From Spirochaetota bacterium (GTDB taxonomy: Bacteria > Spirochaetota > UBA4802 > UBA5550): a stretch of DNA of 64,000 nt. Of the stretch, positions 50,658 to 60,590 are shown in pieces. The stretch spans positions 2,976,001 to 3,040,000 of the forward strand of contig CAXXHB010000003.1 of NCBI GenBank assembly GCA_963664815.2. Direction: 5' to 3'. The notes under the pieces were generated by a model that was not told where the DNA came from, made no database searches, and saw only the letters and a list, made by a program, of their open reading frames with translations. Made by a program: the position numbers and the translations under genes. Each line of letters opens with the position of its first letter. Position 1 is the stretch's first letter.

Positions 50658-51794
50658 CTATTTTTTATCCCAAATCACTTTATTGATAATATGCGTATAG
50701 CTCTGAATGATTTTAACAACTTTCATCGATACATTTTTGTCCATATAGTCGGCAGGACAAATAAATTCTGACTTATTATAATTAAACAGTTTCGTTGTTA
50801 ATTCAACAGATTGTAACATGTTAATAGATGTAATTCCGCCCACAACCATACTACCTTTGTCGAGAACTTCAGGACGTTCTGTACTTGTTCTGATTAAAAC
50901 AGCCGGAAAATCAAGCATAGATGATTCTTCACTCAGCGTTCCACTATCAGACAAAACACAAAAAGAATCCATCTGTAATTTATTATAATCAAAAAAACCA
51001 AACGGTTTTAAATTTTGAACAAGTGGATTGAATTTTGTTTTCCGTTCTTCAATTTTCTTCATTGTACGCGGGTGCGTTGAATAAATAACCGGATATTTAT
51101 ATTCTTCAGCAATGGAATTTAATGACTCAACAAGTTCATTAAAATTTTTTTCAATATCTATATTTTCCTCTCTGTGAGCACTTACTATAAAATACTTTCT
51201 TTTCTCCAGTTTAAGCTGATCCAGAATTCTACTTTCATTGATCTTGTCCTTATTCTTCCAGATAACTTCAGCCATTGGAGAACCTGTAACAAAAACATGT
51301 TCTTTACGAATCCCCTCTGAAAGAAGATATCTTCTGCTATGCTCAGTGTAAGGAAGGTTAATGTCGCTGATATGATCAACAATTTTCCTGTTTATCTCTT
51401 CCGGCACATTCTGGTCAAAGCAGCGGTTACCAGCTTCCATGTGAAAGATAGGTATTTTCAATCGTTTTGCAGATATTGCACTGAGCGCGCTGTTAGTATC
51501 ACCCAGTATAAGTAACGCATCAGGTTTTACACTTTCCATAACATCATATGAACGTGATATAATATTTCCAATTGTTTCACCAAGGTTTTTCCCGGGTGAA
51601 TCAAGATAAAAATCCGGTTTCTTAAGTGCAAGCTCATGAAAAAATATCTCATTCAAGGTATAATCGTAATTCTGCCCGGTATGTACAAGAACATGCTCAA
51701 ATAAATTATCGCAGGCTTTTATTACTTCGGACAATCGTATAATTTCAGGTCTTGTTCCTACAATAGTCATTAATTTTAATCTAGAACCTGGCAT
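50658..51794 (-). CDS. fnlC: UDP-2-acetamido-2,6-dideoxy-L-talose 2-epimerase (FnlC/Cap5G/WbjD)
   Basis: VGTRPEIIRL, HTGQNYD, HMEAGNRCFD, SDSGTLSEES. Confidence 0.9.
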   Translation of the reverse strand: MPGSRLKLMTIVGTRPEIIRLSEVIKACDNLFEHVLVHTGQNYDYTLNEIFFHELALKKPDFYLDSPGKNLGETIGNIISRSYDVMESVKPDALLILGDTNSALSAISAKRLKIPIFHMEAGNRCFDQNVPEEINRKIVDHISDINLPYTEHSRRYLLSEGIRKEHVFVTGSPMAEVIWKNKDKINESRILDQLKLEKRKYFIVSAHREENIDIEKNFNELVESLNSIAEEYKYPVIYSTHPRTMKKIEERKTKFNPLVQNLKPFGFFDYNKLQMDSFCVLSDSGTLSEESSMLDFPAVLIRTSTERPEVLDKGSMVVGGITSINMLQSVELTTKLFNYNKSEFICPADYMDKNVSMKVVKIIQSYTHIINKVIWDKK

Positions 51795-51795
51795 G

Positions 51796-52902
51796 TTACA
51801 CCTCGAGAAAATATGTGTCGGGACTATCCTGGTTAAATATTTCATTAGCCCAGAAAATCGTCATTAAATCTGAATCTCCGATATTTTTTATTGAATGGGT
51901 ATATCCGGGCGGAATATCAACAATCTGTATTTTTTCATCATCAACAATATATTCCACAGTAGTGTTGCTGATTATATGCCGTAATTTTATCGACGCAGTA
52001 CCACTGATGACACAAAATTTTTCAACCTTTGTGTCATGGTAATGATTACCCCTTGTTATCCCGGGTTTGGTTTTTGATATGAATATCTGTCCCGAATGCT
52101 TTGATTTAAGCAACTCAAACAACCATCCCCTGTTATCTACCTTTTTCTCAAGAGAATATATAAAATTATCTTTTTCATAAAAAGAAAGATATGTTGAATA
52201 TAGATATTTAGTCAGTTTATCCGACAAATCATCAATAATCAATGTTGTTCTCATATCTTTAAAATGTCTTATTTTATCTGCAAGCTCACCTAGAGATATT
52301 TTATAAGCATTATAGTCATCATAGTATACCTGGTTTATATCCCATTTTTTCCCGAGCTTATCAATAAAGCAGCTGATTACGTCATCTATATAAACAAACT
52401 CAATGATTCTGCTTTTATCAGAAATAGAAATTTCAATATTATGAGAAATGTTGTAACAGAATGTTGATACAACCGAATTATAATTCGGTTTTGACCATTT
52501 TCCAAAGATATTCGGGAATCTGTAAATACAGACAGGAGTATTTTCAGCTTTACAATATTCTATTATATAAGACTCTGCATCTTTTTTACTTTTTCCATAT
52601 GTATTATCGAGAACCGATTGCGTTGAAGATGTAAAAATTAAAGGTACCGGTTTATTATGTTTCTTTAATAATCCACAAATCAGTTTTGTAAAGTCAGAGT
52701 TATTGCTATAACCCTCTTCTTTTTCCGGCCGGTTAACTCCAGCCAGATGAAAAACGATCTCAGCCTTTGAAAGATACGTTTCAAGTTCATCAGCAGAGTT
52801 ATTGGAATCATATTTAAACACTTCAATGTCTTCAATTCTTTCCAGGGCAACACAGAGATTTTTCCCGACAAAACCATCCGCCCCCGTTACCAGCACTTTC
52901 AT
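51796..52902 (-). CDS. fnlB: FnlB/Cap5F/WbjC reductase-epimerase
   Basis: GADGFVG, HLAGVNRP, GKWSKPNYNS, cupin tail RGNHYHDTKVEKF. Confidence 0.9.
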   Translation of the reverse strand: MKVLVTGADGFVGKNLCVALERIEDIEVFKYDSNNSADELETYLSKAEIVFHLAGVNRPEKEEGYSNNSDFTKLICGLLKKHNKPVPLIFTSSTQSVLDNTYGKSKKDAESYIIEYCKAENTPVCIYRFPNIFGKWSKPNYNSVVSTFCYNISHNIEISISDKSRIIEFVYIDDVISCFIDKLGKKWDINQVYYDDYNAYKISLGELADKIRHFKDMRTTLIIDDLSDKLTKYLYSTYLSFYEKDNFIYSLEKKVDNRGWLFELLKSKHSGQIFISKTKPGITRGNHYHDTKVEKFCVISGTASIKLRHIISNTTVEYIVDDEKIQIVDIPPGYTHSIKNIGDSDLMTIFWANEIFNQDSPDTYFLEV

Positions 52903-53924
52903 TAATTGACCGCCTGCCCATTTAATTGTTCCTGTACATAATCAAGGCCAAGCAGCAGTTTTTTAGTCTCTTCAACATTCATTCTCCTGGTGTTGTGAGA
53001 TGTATATGACTCAATATTCTCCGACATTAAATCACCTTCATTAAAATATTTATTGTAATTAAGATCCCTGTTATCTGCGAATATTCTGAAATAATCATTA
53101 AGATCCTCCGCTTCAGACATCTCCTCGGAGGTCATAAGACTTTCATAGATCTTCTCTCCATGACGTGTCCCGATTACTTTGATTTCATTTTTTGCGTTAA
53201 AAATCTCCTTTAATGTCTGAGCAAGAACCGCTATTGTGCAGGCCGGCGCTTTTTGTACAAATATATCACCTGGATTCCCATGCTGAAATGCATATAATAC
53301 AAGATCAATTGCATTTTCAAGACTCATCATAAACCTCGTCATATTCGGATTTGTTATTGTAAGAGGCTTTCCGCTTTTAATCTGGTCAATAAAAAGCGGA
53401 ATAACCGACCCGCGTGATGCCATAACATTTCCATACCTGGTACCACACATAACAGTACCAGTTATACTACTGTTGCGCGACTTGGCGACCATAATCTTTT
53501 CCATCATTGCTTTTGAAATACCCATGGCATTAATAGGGTATACTGCTTTATCAGTACTTAAAACTATTACTTTTTTTATCCCGTTATCTATTGCTGCATT
53601 TAAAACGTTTTCCGTTCCTATCACATTAGTACGAACAGCTTCCATCGGGAAAAACTCGCATGACGGCACCTGTTTTAATGCTGCTGCACTGAATATATAA
53701 TCAACACCCTTAAGGGCATAGTTTATACTGTTATAATCGCGGACATCCCCTATATAAAATTTAAGCTTATCGTTATTATAAAGTTTCCGCATATCATCCT
53801 GCTTCTTTTCATCACGGCTGAAAATGCGAATCTCCTTTATTTCTGTTTTTAAGAACCTATTCACTGTTGCGTTTCCGAAAGATCCAGTACCACCGGTGAT
53901 TAGCAAAGTTTTATTTTTAAACAC
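52902..53924 (-). CDS. fnlA: UDP-GlcNAc 4,6-dehydratase/5-epimerase FnlA/CapE/WbjB
   Basis: GGTGSFG, AAALKQVPSCEF, STDKAVYPINAMG, RYGNVMASRGSV. Confidence 0.93.
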   Translation of the reverse strand: MFKNKTLLITGGTGSFGNATVNRFLKTEIKEIRIFSRDEKKQDDMRKLYNNDKLKFYIGDVRDYNSINYALKGVDYIFSAAALKQVPSCEFFPMEAVRTNVIGTENVLNAAIDNGIKKVIVLSTDKAVYPINAMGISKAMMEKIMVAKSRNSSITGTVMCGTRYGNVMASRGSVIPLFIDQIKSGKPLTITNPNMTRFMMSLENAIDLVLYAFQHGNPGDIFVQKAPACTIAVLAQTLKEIFNAKNEIKVIGTRHGEKIYESLMTSEEMSEAEDLNDYFRIFADNRDLNYNKYFNEGDLMSENIESYTSHNTRRMNVEETKKLLLGLDYVQEQLNGQAVN

Positions 53925-54675
53925 AAATATACCTTTTTTTACTATTTATTTTTTTAAACTTTAAAAATCTAAAAAACAAATGAAAACCTATATATGCTCT
54001 ATCTTTTAAAATTGAAATAAATGAATATGGACTCCTATTACTTAGAAATGTATCATCTGTTTTTGAAGCAGAAAAATTTTCTCCATGCCTTCTTAAGTAA
54101 ATAAGCCTTTCTTTAAGAATATATGTATTTCCAAATAATTCACAAATTAAGCCGATCCACATATCATGCGATTTTATTTTAGGAGGAAACGGTAAAATAT
54201 ACTGTAACATTTCTTTCTTAAAAGCTAAACAACAACCCACATATTTATTTTTAAAGAAATTATTAAAAAAACCATCTATTTTCCTGTTAGAAAAGAATGA
54301 CTCCTTTATTACTTCAAGATCTTTATTTACTATAAAACAATCAGATGCGACCAGACTATTTCTATTTAATTTTTCTTTCATCGCAACAACTTTATTATCC
54401 AACCAAACATCATCTTGATCAGTTAAAAATATAAAATCACCAGTTGCTTGATTCATCGCATTTTCAAAATTGGTAATATGTCCTTTTTTTCTATTATATA
54501 TTATCTTGATCCTATTATCTTTAAATTGATTAATGATGTTTACGGTATTATCATTACTATTATCATCAGAAATAATAATTTCGTCATCAATATTTATCTG
54601 ATTAATAATTGACACCAATTGATCTTTGATATATTTTTCTCCATTATAGGTTGCCATACATATACTTATTTTCAT
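53917..54675 (-). CDS. GT2 glycosyltransferase
   Basis: ISICMATYNGEKY, SDDNS, DQDDVW, HDMWI. Confidence 0.9.
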   Translation of the reverse strand: MKISICMATYNGEKYIKDQLVSIINQINIDDEIIISDDNSNDNTVNIINQFKDNRIKIIYNRKKGHITNFENAMNQATGDFIFLTDQDDVWLDNKVVAMKEKLNRNSLVASDCFIVNKDLEVIKESFFSNRKIDGFFNNFFKNKYVGCCLAFKKEMLQYILPFPPKIKSHDMWIGLICELFGNTYILKERLIYLRRHGENFSASKTDDTFLSNRSPYSFISILKDRAYIGFHLFFRFLKFKKINSKKRYICV

Positions 54676-54956
54676 TTTAAACTTCCTGCACTTGTTATTT
54701 ATTCTAAAACAATTTCCATGTATAAATTAAAAACTCATTTTATCAAAATTTTCTTTCTCGTCAGTTCTTGGACTTTCTTTTTAGACAAATGTGCGAAAAA
54801 TATACGTTATCAAGTGAACTGGGCTCCCTTCTTATTTGTAGAATTAGCTTCTTGAAGAAACAACGATGAAATTCAGTAAATTATAGTGAAGAGGATTTGC
54901 CCATAGATTTTCAATTATCACTTAATACAGGTATGCAATTAATTAAACGTTTATAT

Positions 54957-56072
54957 TTATGTAAATAAACTTCGAACTGCCGAAGATACTTCATCTATTT
55001 GTTTATCAGACAAATTCAAACCACTTGGAATATAAAAACCTCTTTCCGCAATATTTTCTGCTATAGGGTAAGATTCGTTTAAAAATAATCCCATTTTATT
55101 AAAAACCGGCTGTTTATGTATAGGATAAAAAAAAGGTCGTGTTCCTATGCCCATTTTATCCAATTTATCCATAGCACACTGAGCATCGAAATCAATATCC
55201 ATACCTAGAACAATACCATAAACCCAATATATATTTTTTGAATAATCAGTTTCGGGTAGTGGTAGTTGTATATTTTTAATATCCCCAAGCAAATTAGTAT
55301 ACCTTGCTCCCATACGTCGTTTACGATCAGCAAATTCATCCATTCTTTCTAACTGAGCAATTCCAACAGCTGCCTGAAGATTACACATACGAAAATTCCA
55401 TCCTAGTTCTTCATGAATGAACCGCCTTGGTGGTATAAAACAAAGATTGCGGAAAGAGCGGCATTTATTTGCGTGATTTTCATCATCTGTTAAAACCATC
55501 CCTCCCTCACCGGTAGTTATCAATTTATTCGGATAAAAGCTAAATGTACTTAAATCTCCAAAACTACCACAAGGACGTCCTTTATATGTCTGTCCGTGTG
55601 ATTCAGCAGCATCTTCAATAATTTTCAATCCATATTTATCAGCTAATGCAATCACCGGGTCCATATCAACCGGAAGTCCATATATATGTACAATCATAAT
55701 TGCTTTTGTTTTTTTTGTAATTTTTGATTCAATTTGATGAGTATCCATATTCCAGGTCAATGGATCTGAATCAACAAGAACAGGAATAGCACCAGCTCGT
55801 ACTATACTGGCAGCACATGAAATAATTGTAAAAGCAGGAAGTATAATTTCATCACCCTTCTGAATATTAAGAGCAACTACTGCCACATCGATTGCGACGG
55901 AACCATTTGAAACAGCTATTCCAAATTTTCTGTTAACTTTTTTTGAAAAACTTTCTTCAAATTTTTTTATAAATGGCCCATCGCTTGATATCCAACCTGT
56001 ATCAATACATTCACTTAAATATTTTTTTTCATTACCATCTAATAATGGTTCATTTACCGGTATATATTCCAT
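54957..56072 (-). CDS. DegT family aminotransferase, GDP-perosamine synthase-like
   Basis: IPVNEP...GWISS, FSFYPNKLITTGEGG, GWNFRM. Confidence 0.82.
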   Translation of the reverse strand: MEYIPVNEPLLDGNEKKYLSECIDTGWISSDGPFIKKFEESFSKKVNRKFGIAVSNGSVAIDVAVVALNIQKGDEIILPAFTIISCAASIVRAGAIPVLVDSDPLTWNMDTHQIESKITKKTKAIMIVHIYGLPVDMDPVIALADKYGLKIIEDAAESHGQTYKGRPCGSFGDLSTFSFYPNKLITTGEGGMVLTDDENHANKCRSFRNLCFIPPRRFIHEELGWNFRMCNLQAAVGIAQLERMDEFADRKRRMGARYTNLLGDIKNIQLPLPETDYSKNIYWVYGIVLGMDIDFDAQCAMDKLDKMGIGTRPFFYPIHKQPVFNKMGLFLNESYPIAENIAERGFYIPSGLNLSDKQIDEVSSAVRSLFT

Positions 56073-56074
56073 AA

Positions 56075-56503
56075 TTACTTAATCTCTATCTGCTTAATAT
56101 CTACACCCGTAAAAAATTCTTTATCTATTCCTTCGATAAATGGTCCTTGCTTAACTTCTATCATCTCTGTATCCTCAATCATTTCAAAACCATGACCCCC
56201 ATATGCCAATAAAATCACATCCCCTGATTCAAGAACTTTGCTTTCTAAATAAACTCTCTGTTTATTGTACAAATCAACTCTTATTTTCCCGCGTCTAATG
56301 AATAAAACCTCTTGCGTTAAATTTATTTCTCTATGATTAGCAATATGTATATGAGCTTTTATTGTCTTCCCGGCCGAATGATACATATAAGCCAATTGTT
56401 GTGTTGAATCATTGGGGGTCAAAAACAAAGATCCATCTTTTTTAAAATTATTCCTTATAATTATTGAAATAATTTCATTATTATATTTTATTTCTTCTAT
56501 CAT
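56075..56503 (-). CDS. Small cupin-fold protein
   Basis: HSAGKTIKAHIH, TQEVL, GGHGF, EVKQGP. Confidence 0.7.
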   Translation of the reverse strand: MIEEIKYNNEIISIIIRNNFKKDGSLFLTPNDSTQQLAYMYHSAGKTIKAHIHIANHREINLTQEVLFIRRGKIRVDLYNKQRVYLESKVLESGDVILLAYGGHGFEMIEDTEMIEVKQGPFIEGIDKEFFTGVDIKQIEIK

Positions 56504-56619
56504 ATATTTATATTTTTACTTAGTTGATTCCAAAACAGTCAATGAAATTTTATACTTTTTACTAATTTCTTACTTACAAATAATTTTACAAAAAATTAGT
56601 TTTATGATATATACAATTC

Positions 56620-58128
56620 CTAATTATTTTTTTTAAAAAAAAGTTGTTCTATAGAATTAATTATATTTTTTTTATATATATAAACAATCAATAAAGCAAT
56701 AAATAGTAATATAATTTCTATGACTATTTTTATTAAAGCTGTAATAATAATATTAATAAGTGAATTATTGAATGTTATTATTACAATAAAATAGTCAACT
56801 AAAAATGAAGTAATAATACCATATAGTATTATAGCTAAAAGTGGAAATAAGTACTTATTAATAAAATAATATTCTTCAAGATTTTTTAGAATCACTGCAA
56901 TATAAAAACAACAAATAATAAATGAAATTATTATTATTGCAATAGATACTCCAATAATACACAACCACTTCCAAAATACATAATAGATCAAAGGAGAGAT
57001 TATTCCTACTATAATTAATAAATTAATCATTTTCCCAATTCTCTTTGTTGAAATCACAACCATACATGATATATTGGAAATTGTAATTAATATAGGTAAC
57101 CATACTAAAATTTTTGTCAGGCGAATACTATCAAAGTATTTCGGCAAAAAAAACATAATAATTGGTTGAGCAATAAAAAAGATTATTGAACACAATACAA
57201 TTGCCAATAAAGAATAAATAAATATCCCTGAAAAAAATATTTCTCCTAAATTATTCGTTTCTTTAGGTTTTAATGCTTCAATATATATTTTTGTCGAAAA
57301 AACCTGTCCAAGGCTGTTTAAAACTACAAAAGACAGCATCCCTACCTGTATTGCAACAGCATAGATACCGACAGCATCTGCACCAGCTAGATACATCAGC
57401 ATATAGCGATCAGATTGCATAATAAAGCCAGATAGAATAGTATTAATATTTTGTTTAAACCCTGTAACAACAATTTGGTTAATCTTCGACCAAAGCGGAA
57501 TCAGTGGTTTTCCTATATAACCCTTCGTTATGAAATAAAAAAAGAAAATAAAATTTGATATTAAAAAAGAAAAACATAATCCATATAACTTAAAAAAATA
57601 TGTAAGTATCAATGAAAGTACTAAATAAATTAAATTAAAAATTATAATTCCAAAAGTTAATGTCCTGTAATGCTCACGTGAACGAATTATCCCATAAGCA
57701 TAATTCGCTATTTCCTGAAAAAAATATGCAGCTATAAAAATGGGCAATAAATATAAAATCCACTCCGGTATTCTTGAAAAAAAAATATAAATAAAAAAAA
57801 TATACATTATACATGCAATAAAATAAGAAAATAAGATTACTCCAATTCCATGATTTATTATTTTTTTATGTTCATCAGGAGTATCTTCTGTCTTACAAAT
57901 AAATATTGGTATAGAATTAGAAACTCCCATACTCAGTAATTGGAATAACGGATTAAGAGAAATAAAAAAATTAAATGTTCCATATTCAGCAACTGATATT
58001 AAATTAGGAACAATAAAACCTCTCACAATACTACTAAAAAAACCAATAATACTTGCTATAGAAAATAATATTGAATCTTTAATAAATTTTAATACTACTG
58101 GATTTATAGATTTTTTTTTTAGATTCAT
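56620..58128 (-). CDS. Wzx-type oligosaccharide flippase
   Basis: 502 aa polytopic; AEYG, SDRYML...AVGIYAVA, FLPKY. Confidence 0.87.
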   Translation of the reverse strand: MNLKKKSINPVVLKFIKDSILFSIASIIGFFSSIVRGFIVPNLISVAEYGTFNFFISLNPLFQLLSMGVSNSIPIFICKTEDTPDEHKKIINHGIGVILFSYFIACIMYIFFIYIFFSRIPEWILYLLPIFIAAYFFQEIANYAYGIIRSREHYRTLTFGIIIFNLIYLVLSLILTYFFKLYGLCFSFLISNFIFFFYFITKGYIGKPLIPLWSKINQIVVTGFKQNINTILSGFIMQSDRYMLMYLAGADAVGIYAVAIQVGMLSFVVLNSLGQVFSTKIYIEALKPKETNNLGEIFFSGIFIYSLLAIVLCSIIFFIAQPIIMFFLPKYFDSIRLTKILVWLPILITISNISCMVVISTKRIGKMINLLIIVGIISPLIYYVFWKWLCIIGVSIAIIIISFIICCFYIAVILKNLEEYYFINKYLFPLLAIILYGIITSFLVDYFIVIITFNNSLINIIITALIKIVIEIILLFIALLIVYIYKKNIINSIEQLFFKKNN

Positions 58129-58174
58129 AATATAATATAGGAATACTTTTTTCTTAACTGTTTTATATGAATTT

Positions 58175-59716
58175 TTATCGATATTTATTAATTAAATCAG
58201 ACATTAAAATATATATATTTTCAGAAGATTTCCCATCTATATTTTTTAAATACTTGTTTAAATAATTTTTTCGTCCATTTTTCAGCTTTTCTTTTAAAAC
58301 ATTATTATTTTCCCATTCAATTAAAAACTGTTTAATTGATATTCCATTATTTACACCAACAGCAGCATTTTCCTTTTCAAATGGCATAAATTTATTATAA
58401 TCAGCATCTTCATCATATATCATTATATCTTTATCATAAGCTATCGCTTCAATAATAGCGGTTGAATAAAAACCAATTACTATCTGGGAACCGCCAATTA
58501 AATCTGTAACATTATCATTATGATTCTTTAAAATAACATTTTTCAATTTTCTTTTTTTGATTTCTTTAGCAAAATATGAATTTTTTTCATCAGGATGTGG
58601 TTTAATAATTAATTGAAAATTTTCAACTTGTTCAAAAGAACTAATTATCTCAATTTTCATTCTTTTCATTTTTCTATTACCTATTCCGTGAGGATGCCCT
58701 GGCTGAGATATAAATAATACTTTAACCTTACCATTATTATTGTTTTCAGAGAATTCTACTATATCCTTTTTTATCCTGTCATAACCTGGATTTCCAGTTA
58801 TCACAAATTTAGTCATCTCCGCTCCCATTTTAATTAATGTATCCATCGTATCTGTATTCCATATTGCAACAACATCTGTTATTGGAAAACAGAAATCGGA
58901 ACATACATCAGATACTATGCCTTGTTGTATCACCATTGTGGGAATTTTTTTTGCCTTAGCTGACAACAGTAAGGCAATGCACCTTGGATCACAAAAATCT
59001 CCACTAATGACTATTTTTGGCTTTAATTCATCAAGTAATTTATCTGCCATCAATATAAATGGAACATATATATGAAATTGGTTCTTAAGACTGTTTTTTA
59101 AAAAAAAGAAATAATCCTTTATAATTTTAATGTTTTTTTTGGAATCTCTCTGTTCATCAATATTTTTTTTTCTGAAATACTTTAAATGAAACAGATCAGG
59201 AAATGAATGTTTCTCAGAATTTAAATCATCTAATGAATAGTAATTATAAATATTTACCTGAGGATATGTATCAACTTTATCAATTAAACCAACATTTATT
59301 GTATTATATTTTTTATGATAAGAATCAAGCCTGGTAATGGGTTCAAAAAGCTGGCTAAAATGCTTTTCGGTAAAATTTAGAAACATGACTAAATCTTTAT
59401 CTTCAGTAAATATTTCTGATTTTAAAATACTTTTATTAAAAACATCAGTGTTGTTAAATTTTTCTATATTCACCAACTTAATGAAAATAGAATTGAGTAC
59501 AAATAACGCTTTATATCCGTATGATATTATTTTTGGTTTCATATATGTCAATGGAAGATAGTAATAAGCAAGAGATGGGTTAATTAAACTTATATAGGAT
59601 ATACCTTTAATAGTAAAAATATCGTTTAGTGTTTTGTTATTATATTCTTCTTTTTCAACTGATTTAATTTGCCTGGCGCAATAAGAATATATTTCTGATA
59701 TATTATTCTCTTTCAT
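58175..59716 (-). CDS. GT-B-like polysaccharide biosynthesis protein (KPHP motif)
   Basis: VIQQG, TGNPGYD, LFISQP, IKPHPDE, STAIIEA; ATG 59716 overlaps upstream TGA. Confidence 0.65.
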   Translation of the reverse strand: MKENNISEIYSYCARQIKSVEKEEYNNKTLNDIFTIKGISYISLINPSLAYYYLPLTYMKPKIISYGYKALFVLNSIFIKLVNIEKFNNTDVFNKSILKSEIFTEDKDLVMFLNFTEKHFSQLFEPITRLDSYHKKYNTINVGLIDKVDTYPQVNIYNYYSLDDLNSEKHSFPDLFHLKYFRKKNIDEQRDSKKNIKIIKDYFFFLKNSLKNQFHIYVPFILMADKLLDELKPKIVISGDFCDPRCIALLLSAKAKKIPTMVIQQGIVSDVCSDFCFPITDVVAIWNTDTMDTLIKMGAEMTKFVITGNPGYDRIKKDIVEFSENNNNGKVKVLFISQPGHPHGIGNRKMKRMKIEIISSFEQVENFQLIIKPHPDEKNSYFAKEIKKRKLKNVILKNHNDNVTDLIGGSQIVIGFYSTAIIEAIAYDKDIMIYDEDADYNKFMPFEKENAAVGVNNGISIKQFLIEWENNNVLKEKLKNGRKNYLNKYLKNIDGKSSENIYILMSDLINKYR

Positions 59717-60534
59717 TTTGAATTCTTGCGAGCAAATACATAATAATAGATACCCAACGAATGGTATAACCAATTTTTTGACATTATTTTATTCTTAAAA
59801 AAACCACGGTGCATATCAATGAGATGAACATATCGTGTTTTTAATGATGAGGGAAGACTAATTTCGGGTACAGGATAACCCCTCCCTGCATGAAAAACTT
59901 CAAAACCTGCTGCCTCAAAAGAATTCACATATTGCCGCAATGAATAATTTTTAGCATGATTTAAATTTAATTTATACTCATTCCACATTAAGTTTTTTTT
60001 CCCTAAAAGCAATTTTATAAGATGAATAAAGGAATTATAAATGTCAGCAACTGTTTGAATAGAAAATTTTCTATTGGGAATAACAGATACAACAATACCA
60101 TTATCTTTAAGAACTCTGTACATCTCCCGCAAAGGAAGATTTTCAATCTCAAATATATCTAATAAACCAGCACTGTATATTAAATCCAACTTATCTGATT
60201 CTAGAGGAAGTTTTGTGGCATCACCAACAATAATATTATTCTTCAACTTTTTTTGTTTAAAACTTTCCTTTGCCATTAATAGGGCATTAAAACAAAAATC
60301 AAGAGAATATGTATCATATCCCTTCATTGACATCAACTGACTAAAAAAAGCCTGACCACAACCAACCTCTAAAATTTTCTTTTCAATTTTTTCTGTTTTT
60401 TCTGACTTCATTAACAACTCATCTATATCATCGCTTAATATAGACAAAAGTATAAAATTTCGAGTCAAATTATCATTATCACTTTTCTTTACAAAAAAAT
60501 CATCCCAATACTTTTGCTTTTTTGCCTGAATCAT
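59713..60534 (-). CDS. Class I SAM-dependent methyltransferase
   Basis: ILEVGCGQA, GDATKLP, EMYRVLK. Confidence 0.86.
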   Translation of the reverse strand: MIQAKKQKYWDDFFVKKSDNDNLTRNFILLSILSDDIDELLMKSEKTEKIEKKILEVGCGQAFFSQLMSMKGYDTYSLDFCFNALLMAKESFKQKKLKNNIIVGDATKLPLESDKLDLIYSAGLLDIFEIENLPLREMYRVLKDNGIVVSVIPNRKFSIQTVADIYNSFIHLIKLLLGKKNLMWNEYKLNLNHAKNYSLRQYVNSFEAAGFEVFHAGRGYPVPEISLPSSLKTRYVHLIDMHRGFFKNKIMSKNWLYHSLGIYYYVFARKNSK

Positions 60535-60590
60535 ATATTTCCATTTTAATTTATATTCATTTCAGATAATGCGGATATAAGTTTTTCAGA

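Noticed and set aside
54619-54855. 78-aa plus-strand ORF in the intergenic gap
   Set aside because: Non-ATG start inside the antisense GT2, no RBS or motif
58111-58120. A10 tract at the 5' end of wzx as a phase-variation switch
   Set aside because: A/T runs of 8-10 are common across this AT-rich window and the frame is intact; no read data to show slippage
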